Positions 1 through 8,245 of a DNA stretch of 20,000 bases are shown here, one piece after another. The stretch's first letter is position 1. Each line of letters begins with the position of its first letter. The notes below the pieces were generated by a model. That model saw only the letters and a list, made by a program, of their open reading frames with translations. It did no database searches and had not been told where the DNA came from. Source of the stretch: an uncultured virus (IMG/VR IMGVR_UViG_3300049812_002428) (taxonomy: Duplodnaviria; Heunggongvirae; Uroviricota; Caudoviricetes); the IMG/VR virus record IMGVR_UViG_3300049812_002428. One strand, given 5' to 3'. The position numbers and the translations under genes are program-made.

Positions 1-989
1 TCTGCAGAGCACATGATGATGTTGCCCTTTCCTCTACGAGTTCTTTGGGCGATGCGGTTTGCATCTCTCTCGATTTGGAACAGAAGACCCTTGAACTTCT
101 CAACCGACCAACGTCCGTTAGAGTCGATGTCGAGGTCAAACTCACCAGCGGTAGCAACGTTAGCAGCAGCACCTTGCTCAGCAACCTTATAGATGGTTCT
201 GATGACTTCTCTGTTGATTTCCGCGAGGATTTCAGTAGAGAGGATGTTAGCAAGTTCTGCTTCAGCGTTAAGACCGTGGATTGCCTTAAGGTCTTGTGCC
301 AGTTCCAAGGAGTACTCAGCTTTGAGTGCTCTGGATTTAGCGGTTACAGTGACCTTCTCGATCGAGAATGCCATCTGGTTGAATGCGTTAGCACCAGTGT
401 CAAGTGCCTCAGCAGAGTCGGTACGCATACCCTGACCGACGTTGTATGCGGTCGAAGTTGCAGAACCAGTTGGGTTCAGGACGGAAGGGTTGGTGCCAGA
501 CTGAGAAGTAGTACCCAGACCAGCAGCAGCATCGGAGAAACCGTTGGCATCATCGAGACCAGCGGGTTGTCCGGAGAATGCGGAATCGACTTCATCGAAG
601 AAGGTTTCGGTTCCAGACTGATCGGTCTTACGGGAGCGCATCGCGAAGATGAGTCCAGTAGGTCCGCTCATTGGTTGAACGCCAGCCAGGTCATAAGCGA
701 CCAGGTTAGGCATGGAGCGTCTGATCAGAGAGATCAGAACGGGGTCGAAACCAGCAGTAGGACCTGCAGCAGCAGCGGAACCGGTGAATCCACCGTTACC
801 TACTTGGTTGGTTGGTTGTTCGGTCAGCATACCACCTTCATTGAAGGCAGACTGCTCACGCATGAATTTTTCTTGGTTTTCGAGCAGGACAGCGGTGACA
901 GCTCTACGATGTTGATCCTTGATCGCGTCGCATCCTTCAGCATTCAGAAGGGGTGCCCACTTTTCCTGCAACTGTTCGGATTGGAACAT
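1..989 (-). CDS. g23: Major capsid protein (T4 gp23 homolog), partial; continues past the left edge
   Basis: Not in the ORF track. Manual translation from the ATG at 989: MFQSEQLQEKWAPLL...AVTAVLLENQE...MLTEQPTN...AGFDPVLISLIRRSMPNLVAYDLAGVQPMSGPTGLIFAMRS, the characteristic gp23 N-terminus. Lies directly downstream of g22. Confidence 0.97.
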   Translation of the reverse strand, partial: MFQSEQLQEKWAPLLNAEGCDAIKDQHRRAVTAVLLENQEKFMREQSAFNEGGMLTEQPTNQVGNGGFTGSAAAAGPTAGFDPVLISLIRRSMPNLVAYDLAGVQPMSGPTGLIFAMRSRKTDQSGTETFFDEVDSAFSGQPAGLDDANGFSDAAAGLGTTSQSGTNPSVLNPTGSATSTAYNVGQGMRTDSAEALDTGANAFNQMAFSIEKVTVTAKSRALKAEYSLELAQDLKAIHGLNAEAELANILSTEILAEINREVIRTIYKVAEQGAAANVATAGEFDLDIDSNGRWSVEKFKGLLFQIERDANRIAQRTRRGKGNIIMCSA

Positions 990-1031
990 TTGCTTAAAAG
1001 GTAATGTTTACGGTTTGATTTAATGTTGAAT

Positions 1032-2132
1032 TCAGTTTTGCTTACCGAAAGAACCCAGGGTTCTGAGATATGCAGCCATGGAATCAGAGTAAGACTCAGT
1101 TCCCGACTGATCTACACCCTCAGAGAGGGTTTCGGATTTAGCATTGGAAGTCTCTTTCTTAGAGGTGAAATACGACTCTTTGAGGGTTTCCAATTTATCA
1201 CGATATTGATCTTCACTCTCAAACTCTACACTTTCGGAAAGTGAGGCGAGCTTCTCCTTCTGAGTCTGTGCAAGACCTTCGGATACTTGATCGAGAATAC
1301 CACCTGCAGCTGCCTCTGCGAGGCGACCATTCAGGTTGATGTTCTTCTCGATTTGCTCGTTGAGTTTTGTCTCCATATCATCAAGTTTTTCTACCATACT
1401 CTCAAGTACATCATATTTATCTTCAGGGATTGATACATAATGTTCTTCAAAAAGACCCTTCATTCCAGAGAGGAACGATTCGGTCATTTCGGTCTTGAGA
1501 CCTGCCTCAATGGCGAGTGCGTTTTCTTCAAACCACTCGTCAGAGACATACTCAAGATAAGAATCTACACGCTCAGCGAGAGATTCTTTTGCTGCTTCGA
1601 TTTCTTCTGAAAGTGTGGCAGCATACTGTGCTTCCAGTTCTTCTTTAATACCAGCAACTTTTGCATTGATTGCTGCTTCAAAGATGGTCTTTGCCTTTTC
1701 TTTGAATTCTTCGGAGAGTTCTTCGCCACCGAGGAGAGCATTAACGTCTTCTTCGACATCATACTCAGCAATGGTTTCTTCTTCAGCGACTACTTCATCG
1801 GTAGTTGCCTCTTCCTCTTCAATGGTGTCTTCCGAGGAGAGTTCCTCTTCCTCTTTCTTCATGGTGGGCATAGGATCTGCTTTTCCTGCACCTTTATTTA
1901 CAACATCTTTAACCTGCTTGAGGGTTCCGCCTGGTTCTTTGAGCTTAGCAGAATCATCATCAGGCTTATAGTTTTCTGGGGTAGGACCACCAAGATCCTC
2001 TACACCTGCTAACTGGGTTCCTGGATCTGCCATTTTAGGCATAGGATCAGCAGGTTGTGCTCCAGCATTAACAGCGGTGCGGGATTGCTGTGTCTTTACT
2101 TCCATTTCTTGTAATTTTTTACCACGAGACAT
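1032..2132 (-). CDS. g22: Prohead core scaffolding protein (T4 gp22 homolog)
   Basis: 366 aa, very acidic and helical; contains LSEEFKEKAKTIFEAA and VDSYLEYVSDEW motifs and many L-x-E motifs; located between g21 and g23. Confidence 0.93.
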   Translation of the reverse strand: MSRGKKLQEMEVKTQQSRTAVNAGAQPADPMPKMADPGTQLAGVEDLGGPTPENYKPDDDSAKLKEPGGTLKQVKDVVNKGAGKADPMPTMKKEEEELSSEDTIEEEEATTDEVVAEEETIAEYDVEEDVNALLGGEELSEEFKEKAKTIFEAAINAKVAGIKEELEAQYAATLSEEIEAAKESLAERVDSYLEYVSDEWFEENALAIEAGLKTEMTESFLSGMKGLFEEHYVSIPEDKYDVLESMVEKLDDMETKLNEQIEKNINLNGRLAEAAAGGILDQVSEGLAQTQKEKLASLSESVEFESEDQYRDKLETLKESYFTSKKETSNAKSETLSEGVDQSGTESYSDSMAAYLRTLGSFGKQN

Positions 2133-2153
2133 TTGAACTCTCCGTTTTTCCGT

Positions 2154-2177
2154 TATTTAAAACTATATTTATTTATA
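2154..2177 (-). promoter_or_regulatory. T4-type late promoter cluster upstream of g22-g23
   Basis: Minus strand has a perfect TATAAATA at 2170-2177, an overlapping ATAAATA at 2166-2172 and TTAAATA at 2154-2160. Confidence 0.8.
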
Positions 2178-2180
2178 AAA

Positions 2181-2831
2181 TTAAAGATTAGATAAGAAGT
2201 CATTGAACAAGTCTAACTTATGCTCGTCTAATTGTTTTTGGTCTACAAGAGTATTGATTGTCTTGTAGGTTTTTTCAGCAAACTTCTCACGAAGAATGCC
2301 ACCATCCCATACCCAATCCTTACCTTCCATAATGCCTTCAACGAAAGCATCAGGAGCAGAGGGATCAGCAACAATATCAGCGGCAGTTGCCAGCATAAAG
2401 TCGTCACCGACAACATTGACACCCTCACGGGTCATTTTTAAGGATCCAATGCCGCGAGAAGAAACACCAAGTTTTACACCCTCTTCAATCAAAGAAGATG
2501 CAATCTTACCCATTGGTGTGTTAAGCAGTTTCGCTTTACCAATGAAGTTAGAACCAGACTCTCTCAGAGAAACAATCTTGTGGGAAACTCTATCAAGATT
2601 AACGGTAGGACCGTCAGGGTGGCCAAGTTCGCCAAGTGCTCTACCTGCCTGAACATGATTTTCGTTGTAACGACCAACCTCACGACGGAGAGTTTCCATA
2701 GGATACATACGACCATTACGGTTCTTGATGTTACCCTGGAGGAATACTCCCTCAATATACATTGATTTCTTGCCGTTCTTTTGTTCGACAAGAAACTCAA
2801 CGGATTCGATTTCTTCTCTAATGAGTTTCAT
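2181..2831 (-). CDS. g21: Prohead protease (T4 gp21 homolog)
   Basis: 216 aa; motifs YIEGVFLQ, NRNGRMY, ALGELGHP (catalytic His), GVSSRG (catalytic Ser), DIVADPSAPDAFV. Confidence 0.96.
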   Translation of the reverse strand: MKLIREEIESVEFLVEQKNGKKSMYIEGVFLQGNIKNRNGRMYPMETLRREVGRYNENHVQAGRALGELGHPDGPTVNLDRVSHKIVSLRESGSNFIGKAKLLNTPMGKIASSLIEEGVKLGVSSRGIGSLKMTREGVNVVGDDFMLATAADIVADPSAPDAFVEGIMEGKDWVWDGGILREKFAEKTYKTINTLVDQKQLDEHKLDLFNDFLSNL

Positions 2832-2858
2832 TTGACTAGTAGATTATTTTACTTGAAA

Positions 2859-3116
2859 TTAAGTGCGAGCGTCTACGTTAACTTTGGTTCCCTTCAACGC
2901 AGCATTACCTCTCAGACCCTGACCGATATCTAGGTGGATAACGATAGAACCTGCAGCGGGAACTGTTATAGATCCCAGGTCTGCATCATCATCAGTATTA
3001 CGAACAGTGACATCATAATCATTTGCGTTGTCAGTATTGCCAATATAAACCGCAGTTGAGGTTTTAAATTTGGTTGTACTTGCCGCCAACACAGTGGCAT
3101 CTCCTAAGACTTTCAT
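2859..3116 (-). CDS. Hypothetical 85-aa beta-rich protein, probably virion/head associated
   Basis: Fills the gap between the acidic ORF and g21 on the coding strand, with a perfect TATAAATA about 24 nt upstream. Function not recognised. Confidence 0.75.
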   Translation of the reverse strand: MKVLGDATVLAASTTKFKTSTAVYIGNTDNANDYDVTVRNTDDDADLGSITVPAAGSIVIHLDIGQGLRGNAALKGTKVNVDART

Positions 3117-3139
3117 CTTTCCTAACTTTCAGTATAATT

Positions 3140-3147
3140 TATTTATA
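3140..3147 (-). promoter_or_regulatory. T4-type late promoter
   Basis: Perfect TATAAATA on the minus strand in the intergenic gap. Confidence 0.8.
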
Positions 3148-3148
3148 A

Positions 3149-3355
3149 TTAGACACCATCACTGGTATCAAGTTCCTCATCATCAACTTCATCTTCAACT
3201 TCGATAGGATCCTCACCAGCAAACATACCATTTGCAATCACAGGACGGAAAGCGTCAACTTTTTCGCCTGCTTTGGCATACAGTAAATCTTTGATGGTAT
3301 CACTAATCTGAGATGGTGACTCGTCAGAGATCATCATATCTAAAAGGTCATCCAT
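3149..3355 (-). CDS. Small acidic protein at the position of T4 prohead core proteins gp67/gp68
   Basis: Likely start is the ATG at 3355 (MDDLLDMM...), rather than the track's 3376. Acidic C-terminus; immediately downstream of g20. Functional call is positional only. Confidence 0.7.
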   Translation of the reverse strand: MDDLLDMMISDESPSQISDTIKDLLYAKAGEKVDAFRPVIANGMFAGEDPIEVEDEVDDEELDTSDGV

Positions 3356-3383
3356 TAGTAATTTTATAGTAAACAACTAGATA

Positions 3384-3391
3384 TATTTATA
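3384..3391 (-). promoter_or_regulatory. T4-type late promoter overlapping the g20 stop codon
   Basis: TATAAATA on the minus strand; its TAA (3387-3389) is the g20 stop. Confidence 0.78.
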
Positions 3392-5045
3392 TTTCACCGC
3401 CCTTAGGCAGTTCTGGTGCTTCAGTGGCAGATCCATCCATTTCAGGTTCCATGACTGGAGCACCTAAATCCATACCTGCTGCACTATCTAAAGGTTGTCC
3501 TGTTGCAGGATCGATAGTTGTAGGATCAGGAATAACACCATCTTTAATCTCTTTTTTAATCAGCGCATCTTGCTCAAGAATTTCTACATCAGTCTGACGT
3601 AAAATCTTACGGCGAACATAATCCTGAGAATAATACTTACCAATATAAGCTTCTGCTGTTGCTGCCAGAGATAGTCTCTCATTCATGAGTTCTGCCTCTT
3701 TCAGTTCAGAGAAGTGATTATCATAGAGGAAGTCATACTGAATATGCTCACTCATCGTCTCCCAATCTTCAGGAGTGATGATATTCTTAAGAATAAGTTG
3801 AGTCTTCAGCATGTCATTAAACATGTTGGAGAATCTCTTTCTTAAACGTGCAACAAACTTTGTAAACTTCAGTTCGTCTCTGAGGATTTCGGAGGATCTT
3901 CCGAGATTAAATCCGCCTTCGCCATCCATTCTAGACGGGGGGACGTTGAGTGATCTGTATAACTTTTTCTTAAAATACTCAATGTCCGTGATTTCACCAA
4001 GGTTTTGACCTCCAGGAAGAGTAGAAATTTCAGTACCACGTCCTCCCTCTCGTCTAGGAAGCCAGAAATCCTCAAGCATTGCCATGTATTTTTTGTCATC
4101 ACGAATCTCTCCTGTGTTTGCATCGTATACAAGTTTGTTGCGATAACGCATCATGACATCACGGAGGTATTGTTCTGCCTTTTGCTTAGGCAGATTACCA
4201 ACATCAATGTAGAAAATTCTACGTTCTGGTGCTCTAGATAAACGATAGATGACCAGAGAATCTTCAATCATACGAAGTTGATTGATAGACTTAATTGCTT
4301 TATGAAGATAAGAGAGTGTTGATCCCTTGTTTCTATCTACTAAACCAGATGTGCAATAGGTAATTGCGTCTCTTGCAATTTTAATTCCTTGACTTGCACC
4401 CGTTTGCATTGGATTGCCAGTAGGATAAGTAGACTTTGGATTATAGATGAAGTATTCTTCGATTTCTGGAAAGTCATAATCCATAGGATTTTTGCTCTGC
4501 AGTCTTACAACAGCAGAAGCATCATTGTTCTTTTTCTTCTGTTGTCTTACATAACGCATTTTCATTGCGTCAATATAACGAAGTTCTTGAATACCTTCTT
4601 GAGGATTCTTTAGATCAATAATCTTATGATAATAGATACGACCATCAATATACCAGTTACGGTAAATTTCATGTGCCTTTTTATCAAAATCTAATAAATC
4701 TAGGATATACTTAAACTCTTTACGAATTTTAGTTTTGATACCATCACTAGCATTCAGATTTGAAAGTTCAATTTCTACAGGACTATCGTTAGAATCAGAA
4801 ACGATTGCTTCGTTTACAATATCTTCAATGGCACTATCCGCTTCAGGATGAAGTGCCATTTCACGATATCTTTTGATTAGATCAAACTCGGTGCGATATA
4901 CACCTTCAATGTCAACATAAGAACCAAAAAAACCACTACTCATGTAGTGGTCAGACCCGTCCTCATTGTTAGGAGGAACAGGACTGACAGCACCTGGAGA
5001 TAGTGGTTCGGTGTCCTCAATAGAGAACCCAAATAACTTGGACAT
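3387..5045 (-). CDS. g20: Portal vertex protein (T4 gp20 homolog)
   Basis: 552 aa; motifs YRLSRAPERRIFYIDVGNLPK, EDFWLPRREGGRGTEISTLPGGQNLG, EILRDELKF. Confidence 0.98.
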   Translation of the reverse strand: MSKLFGFSIEDTEPLSPGAVSPVPPNNEDGSDHYMSSGFFGSYVDIEGVYRTEFDLIKRYREMALHPEADSAIEDIVNEAIVSDSNDSPVEIELSNLNASDGIKTKIRKEFKYILDLLDFDKKAHEIYRNWYIDGRIYYHKIIDLKNPQEGIQELRYIDAMKMRYVRQQKKKNNDASAVVRLQSKNPMDYDFPEIEEYFIYNPKSTYPTGNPMQTGASQGIKIARDAITYCTSGLVDRNKGSTLSYLHKAIKSINQLRMIEDSLVIYRLSRAPERRIFYIDVGNLPKQKAEQYLRDVMMRYRNKLVYDANTGEIRDDKKYMAMLEDFWLPRREGGRGTEISTLPGGQNLGEITDIEYFKKKLYRSLNVPPSRMDGEGGFNLGRSSEILRDELKFTKFVARLRKRFSNMFNDMLKTQLILKNIITPEDWETMSEHIQYDFLYDNHFSELKEAELMNERLSLAATAEAYIGKYYSQDYVRRKILRQTDVEILEQDALIKKEIKDGVIPDPTTIDPATGQPLDSAAGMDLGAPVMEPEMDGSATEAPELPKGGEI

Positions 5046-5073
5046 GATTATATAAATCTAAGTTTCCTTAGAC

Positions 5074-5081
5074 TATTTAGA
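5074..5081 (-). promoter_or_regulatory. Late promoter variant upstream of g20
   Basis: TCTAAATA on the minus strand about 29 nt before the g20 ATG. Confidence 0.65.
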
Positions 5082-5091
5082 TGGTCAAATA

Positions 5092-5694
5092 TCAGGCGTT
5101 ATTACCTTTTTCTCCGTCCTTAGACGCGGGATACCAGTAGTTAACTGTAAATTCTACTGTGAACTCTTCAATGGTATCGGTGGTGTCATAAGAGAGATCG
5201 ATTGCAGAGATATTAGTTGGGAAAATATCTGCAAACTGGTAAACTGCAATAGTCTCAAGACCAGTTCCTTTGGAATTTTCATCACCATAACCGATGTTAG
5301 ATGCCTGTCTTCCCAGATGTCTAACAGTGGCAGATGCCATATAATCAGCAGGGTTAGTTGCACCTGAAGCTTCTTGATACTGAGCAACAAACTGTGCCCA
5401 TTCTTCCATCGTTCTTCTGATTTTAAAGTCAGTGTCGTTGATGACGGTGATGGTCCAGGTGTCGAATGTGCGATCACCAGCAACTTTAAAAGTACGTCCT
5501 CTGAAAGGAACGTCAATCGAAGCTACGTTTGATGCAGGCAAGTTTGCTGCTTTACACATGTATTTAAAAACGTCTCCATCCAACGCAGAGATACCATCTG
5601 GTAAATCTCCAGGTGTGATCTCAACCTCAAACAGATTGGGGCGAGCGCCGCCGCCAATCAGTTTGGATTTAAAGTCGGTGAGTGAGTTTGCCAT
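5092..5694 (-). CDS. g19: Tail tube protein (T4 gp19 homolog)
   Basis: 200 aa; motifs GGARPNLFEV, CKAANLPAS, VPFRGR, AGDRTFDTWTITVIND, IEEFTVEF; follows g18. Confidence 0.96.
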   Translation of the reverse strand: MANSLTDFKSKLIGGGARPNLFEVEITPGDLPDGISALDGDVFKYMCKAANLPASNVASIDVPFRGRTFKVAGDRTFDTWTITVINDTDFKIRRTMEEWAQFVAQYQEASGATNPADYMASATVRHLGRQASNIGYGDENSKGTGLETIAVYQFADIFPTNISAIDLSYDTTDTIEEFTVEFTVNYWYPASKDGEKGNNA

Positions 5695-5714
5695 TGTTTA
5701 ATCCTCCGTAGTGT

Positions 5715-5722
5715 TATTTAGA
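5715..5722 (-). promoter_or_regulatory. Late promoter variant upstream of g19
   Basis: TCTAAATA on the minus strand followed by a GGAGG Shine-Dalgarno sequence before the ATG at 5694. Confidence 0.68.
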
Positions 5723-5729
5723 TAATATA

Positions 5730-7946
5730 TCAAACTCTACCTGCTACTTCTTCAAAACTGACGCCAGTTCTGGTAGCAACGAAGGTGAGTGTTACATAGT
5801 TGATGCTTCTAGCAGGCTTCAGGAAGATGTCTGCTCTAAACTCATTATTATCAATGACATCGGGAGTATTGTTTGTTGCGTCACAAACAACCAAGAATCC
5901 ATAGAGTCCTCTCTTCGATTCAACGTCACGGAGGAATGGTTCAACGATGTTTCTGAAGTTTGCTCTTGTTAACTCATCATTGAGTTCAAAGAGTTGAGCT
6001 TGTGCTGCTCTTTCAAGTGCTTGCTCAATAGTAAGGAACAGACGACGAACATTAATTCTATCGAATGCAGAGGCATAACCGAGAGCGGTCTTGTCTCCAA
6101 ACAGAAGTGTTCCGATACCAGGTGTAGTGATAAAAGAGTTAATTCTGTTAGGATACAGTTTATCTCTTTGTGCTTTAGTTGGGTTATATGCAAGTTTGAC
6201 TGCATTGTTGATAACACCACGCTGCTGTCCCGCAGGCGAGAACCATGGGAATGCAACTAAGTTAGTGCGTGTCATCAGACCAGCAACATCAGGGTTACAT
6301 GGCACATAACGGAAGATGTTGTTGAATCTATCGAACATATACTTATAACCACTGTCGAAGACTGCATACGAAGAAGAGGTCAGTGGCGAGAAGAAGTTGA
6401 TCAGATTATTGGTCTGAGTGGTTGTGTTGGTTACGTAAACAATGTTATGTCTGTGAGGTCCGATAACTGCAATACAATCTTTTCTTGCGTTAGCAAGAGA
6501 GATGATGTAGTTTGCTTTTGCCTGCGAATCAGATTCGCTTACGCAACCAGGTCCCATGATCAGGAAATCAACTTCAATTTCATCCTTATTGGCGAAGAGA
6601 CCGTAGGAAGTGATCAGACTAGAAAGTTCTGCCTTCATTCCTTTGTCAGCAGAGTAATCAACACCGCCACCGAGAGTGAAGGTCTTGTTACCCAGGACAG
6701 AGAAGGTAGTATCTTGAGCGTTTAGACCGAAGAGACCATCAGCAGTTGTGACTGCGGTGAAGTCGGTAGAGAATCCAGATGCTCTAGGTACACAAGTAGA
6801 ACCACCGCTGGTAGTGATACCAGAAGAAAGGTTATATCCCACATAGACATTATCAGAGAAGTCTGCGATATAATCTTTGTAGTAGTTTTTGGTAGGTGAG
6901 TTGTAATCGGAAACAGCGTCTCCTGCCTTAGACAGGTTGACGTGACTCTCAAGGAGATTGCCCTTGATACCAGTGATGCTTCCGTCGTCATCTACGACTG
7001 CGACGTGAATACCATCATTTTTACCGTTTCTTTCGGTAACGTAGTTGGAAGAAATTGGTCTTGGAGCAATAGTCTTCCAGTACAGCGTAGAGTTGGTCAG
7101 ACCAAGTGTCTGCTGATCGTACCAGTCAATAGCAGTTGCAGGTGTCAGAGCAGCAGAAAGTCTACCAGTCGTGTTAACACCAGAGTTATTAACGATATTC
7201 AGTGCAGTTCCAGTTCCGAATGCTGCGAAGGAAGTTCCCTCTGCATAAGTAACGGCAGTTTCAGTAGAACCAGTACCAACTGTTTCTACGCGAGAAACAA
7301 CTTTAACATCAAGTGTACTAGAGTTTCCAGCGGCGTCAGTCGTTACGCCCGTGATGATTCCCTTCAGGAATCCAGTGAACTCAGAGGTGGTTCCAGATCC
7401 AGGAATTACAACCCCACTTAAGGAAGCGGTAACACCGAATCCAACCTCTGCACCGATACCCTCAAGAGAGGTGGTTGCGATACCAACAACCTGATCTGCG
7501 AAATCGTCGATGTAGCAGACTTTCAGATTGTTGCCCCAGGTTCCAGGGTTCTTAGCAGCATAAGTGAAAGTATTGTCGCCTTCCTTATGGTTCTGCTGAT
7601 AGTCGTCGTAATTATTGATTTTCAGCGATGTTGTCGAAGCAATACCAACACCAGCGTTAGCATTGTTCAGTTGAGTATCATCGGCTCTGACAACTTTAAG
7701 TACTCCGCCGTAGGACAGGAAGTTGGATGCACTCATCCAGTATTCGTACTGTGCATCGGTAGAGATGGGTTTACCAAACGTATCGATAAGTTGTTGCTCA
7801 GTTTGGATGTCAGTTGCTTCGTCAACTGGTCCAATAGCAAAAGGTCCTGCAATTGCACCAATATTATCTAATACATTCTCAGCTCTTCCTACTGTAAGGT
7901 CAACCTCCCTGACTAATACGCCTGGAGACAATTGAGGAGTCGCCAT
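5730..7946 (-). CDS. g18: Contractile tail sheath protein (T4 gp18 homolog)
   Basis: 738 aa; N-terminal SPGVLVREVDLT; C-terminal PWFSPAG, SAFDRINVRRLF, LFELNDELTR, KPARSINYVTLTFVATRTG. Confidence 0.97.
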   Translation of the reverse strand: MATPQLSPGVLVREVDLTVGRAENVLDNIGAIAGPFAIGPVDEATDIQTEQQLIDTFGKPISTDAQYEYWMSASNFLSYGGVLKVVRADDTQLNNANAGVGIASTTSLKINNYDDYQQNHKEGDNTFTYAAKNPGTWGNNLKVCYIDDFADQVVGIATTSLEGIGAEVGFGVTASLSGVVIPGSGTTSEFTGFLKGIITGVTTDAAGNSSTLDVKVVSRVETVGTGSTETAVTYAEGTSFAAFGTGTALNIVNNSGVNTTGRLSAALTPATAIDWYDQQTLGLTNSTLYWKTIAPRPISSNYVTERNGKNDGIHVAVVDDDGSITGIKGNLLESHVNLSKAGDAVSDYNSPTKNYYKDYIADFSDNVYVGYNLSSGITTSGGSTCVPRASGFSTDFTAVTTADGLFGLNAQDTTFSVLGNKTFTLGGGVDYSADKGMKAELSSLITSYGLFANKDEIEVDFLIMGPGCVSESDSQAKANYIISLANARKDCIAVIGPHRHNIVYVTNTTTQTNNLINFFSPLTSSSYAVFDSGYKYMFDRFNNIFRYVPCNPDVAGLMTRTNLVAFPWFSPAGQQRGVINNAVKLAYNPTKAQRDKLYPNRINSFITTPGIGTLLFGDKTALGYASAFDRINVRRLFLTIEQALERAAQAQLFELNDELTRANFRNIVEPFLRDVESKRGLYGFLVVCDATNNTPDVIDNNEFRADIFLKPARSINYVTLTFVATRTGVSFEEVAGRV

Positions 7947-7979
7947 GTTTTTTTCTCCGTGGTCTCATGTTACTGAAAA

Positions 7980-7987
7980 TATTTATT
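7980..7987 (-). promoter_or_regulatory. Late promoter upstream of g18
   Basis: AATAAATA on the minus strand about 34 nt upstream of the ATG, followed by a GGAG ribosome binding site. Confidence 0.65.
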
Positions 7988-7999
7988 AAAAAGCATGTT

Positions 8000-8023
8000 T
8001 TCACAGGGGAAACCTGACGTGAA
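8000..8023 (-). terminator. Possible stem-loop after the Zn-finger ORF
   Basis: Bulged inverted repeat (TTCA...CAGG-TTTCC-CCTG-TGAA on the minus strand) directly after the stop codon; a T5 run follows only after about 7 nt, so it is not a canonical terminator. Confidence 0.3.
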
Positions 8024-8245
8024 CTACCAGTCTGGATATTCCCATCTGTTATCTGACTTTTTGTTTGCTAATATTCTCCTTATAGTACACTCTTTACACT
8101 CATAAGAATATGAGGAAGCAACAGGACCTCTGTCTTTTCTAGTTCTGTAAAAACTGTCCACTAAATTTTTTAGTTCGCCGCAGGATCTACACTTTCTATC
8201 TTGTAAAAGAAGATGACCTAACTTAATCTGACCATCTAAATCCAT
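8024..8245 (-). CDS. Small CxxC...CxxC zinc-finger protein
   Basis: Likely start ATG at 8245 overlaps the g17 stop (TAATG). Contains CRSC and CKEC pairs and a basic tail. Confidence 0.78.
   Translation of the reverse strand: MDLDGQIKLGHLLLQDRKCRSCGELKNLVDSFYRTRKDRGPVASSYSYECKECTIRRILANKKSDNRWEYPDW

Noticed and set aside
45..1004. 319-aa plus-strand ORF
   Set aside because: Antisense shadow of g23, which the ORF track missed because it runs off the window. No recognisable motif; long antisense frames are expected opposite codon-biased genes.
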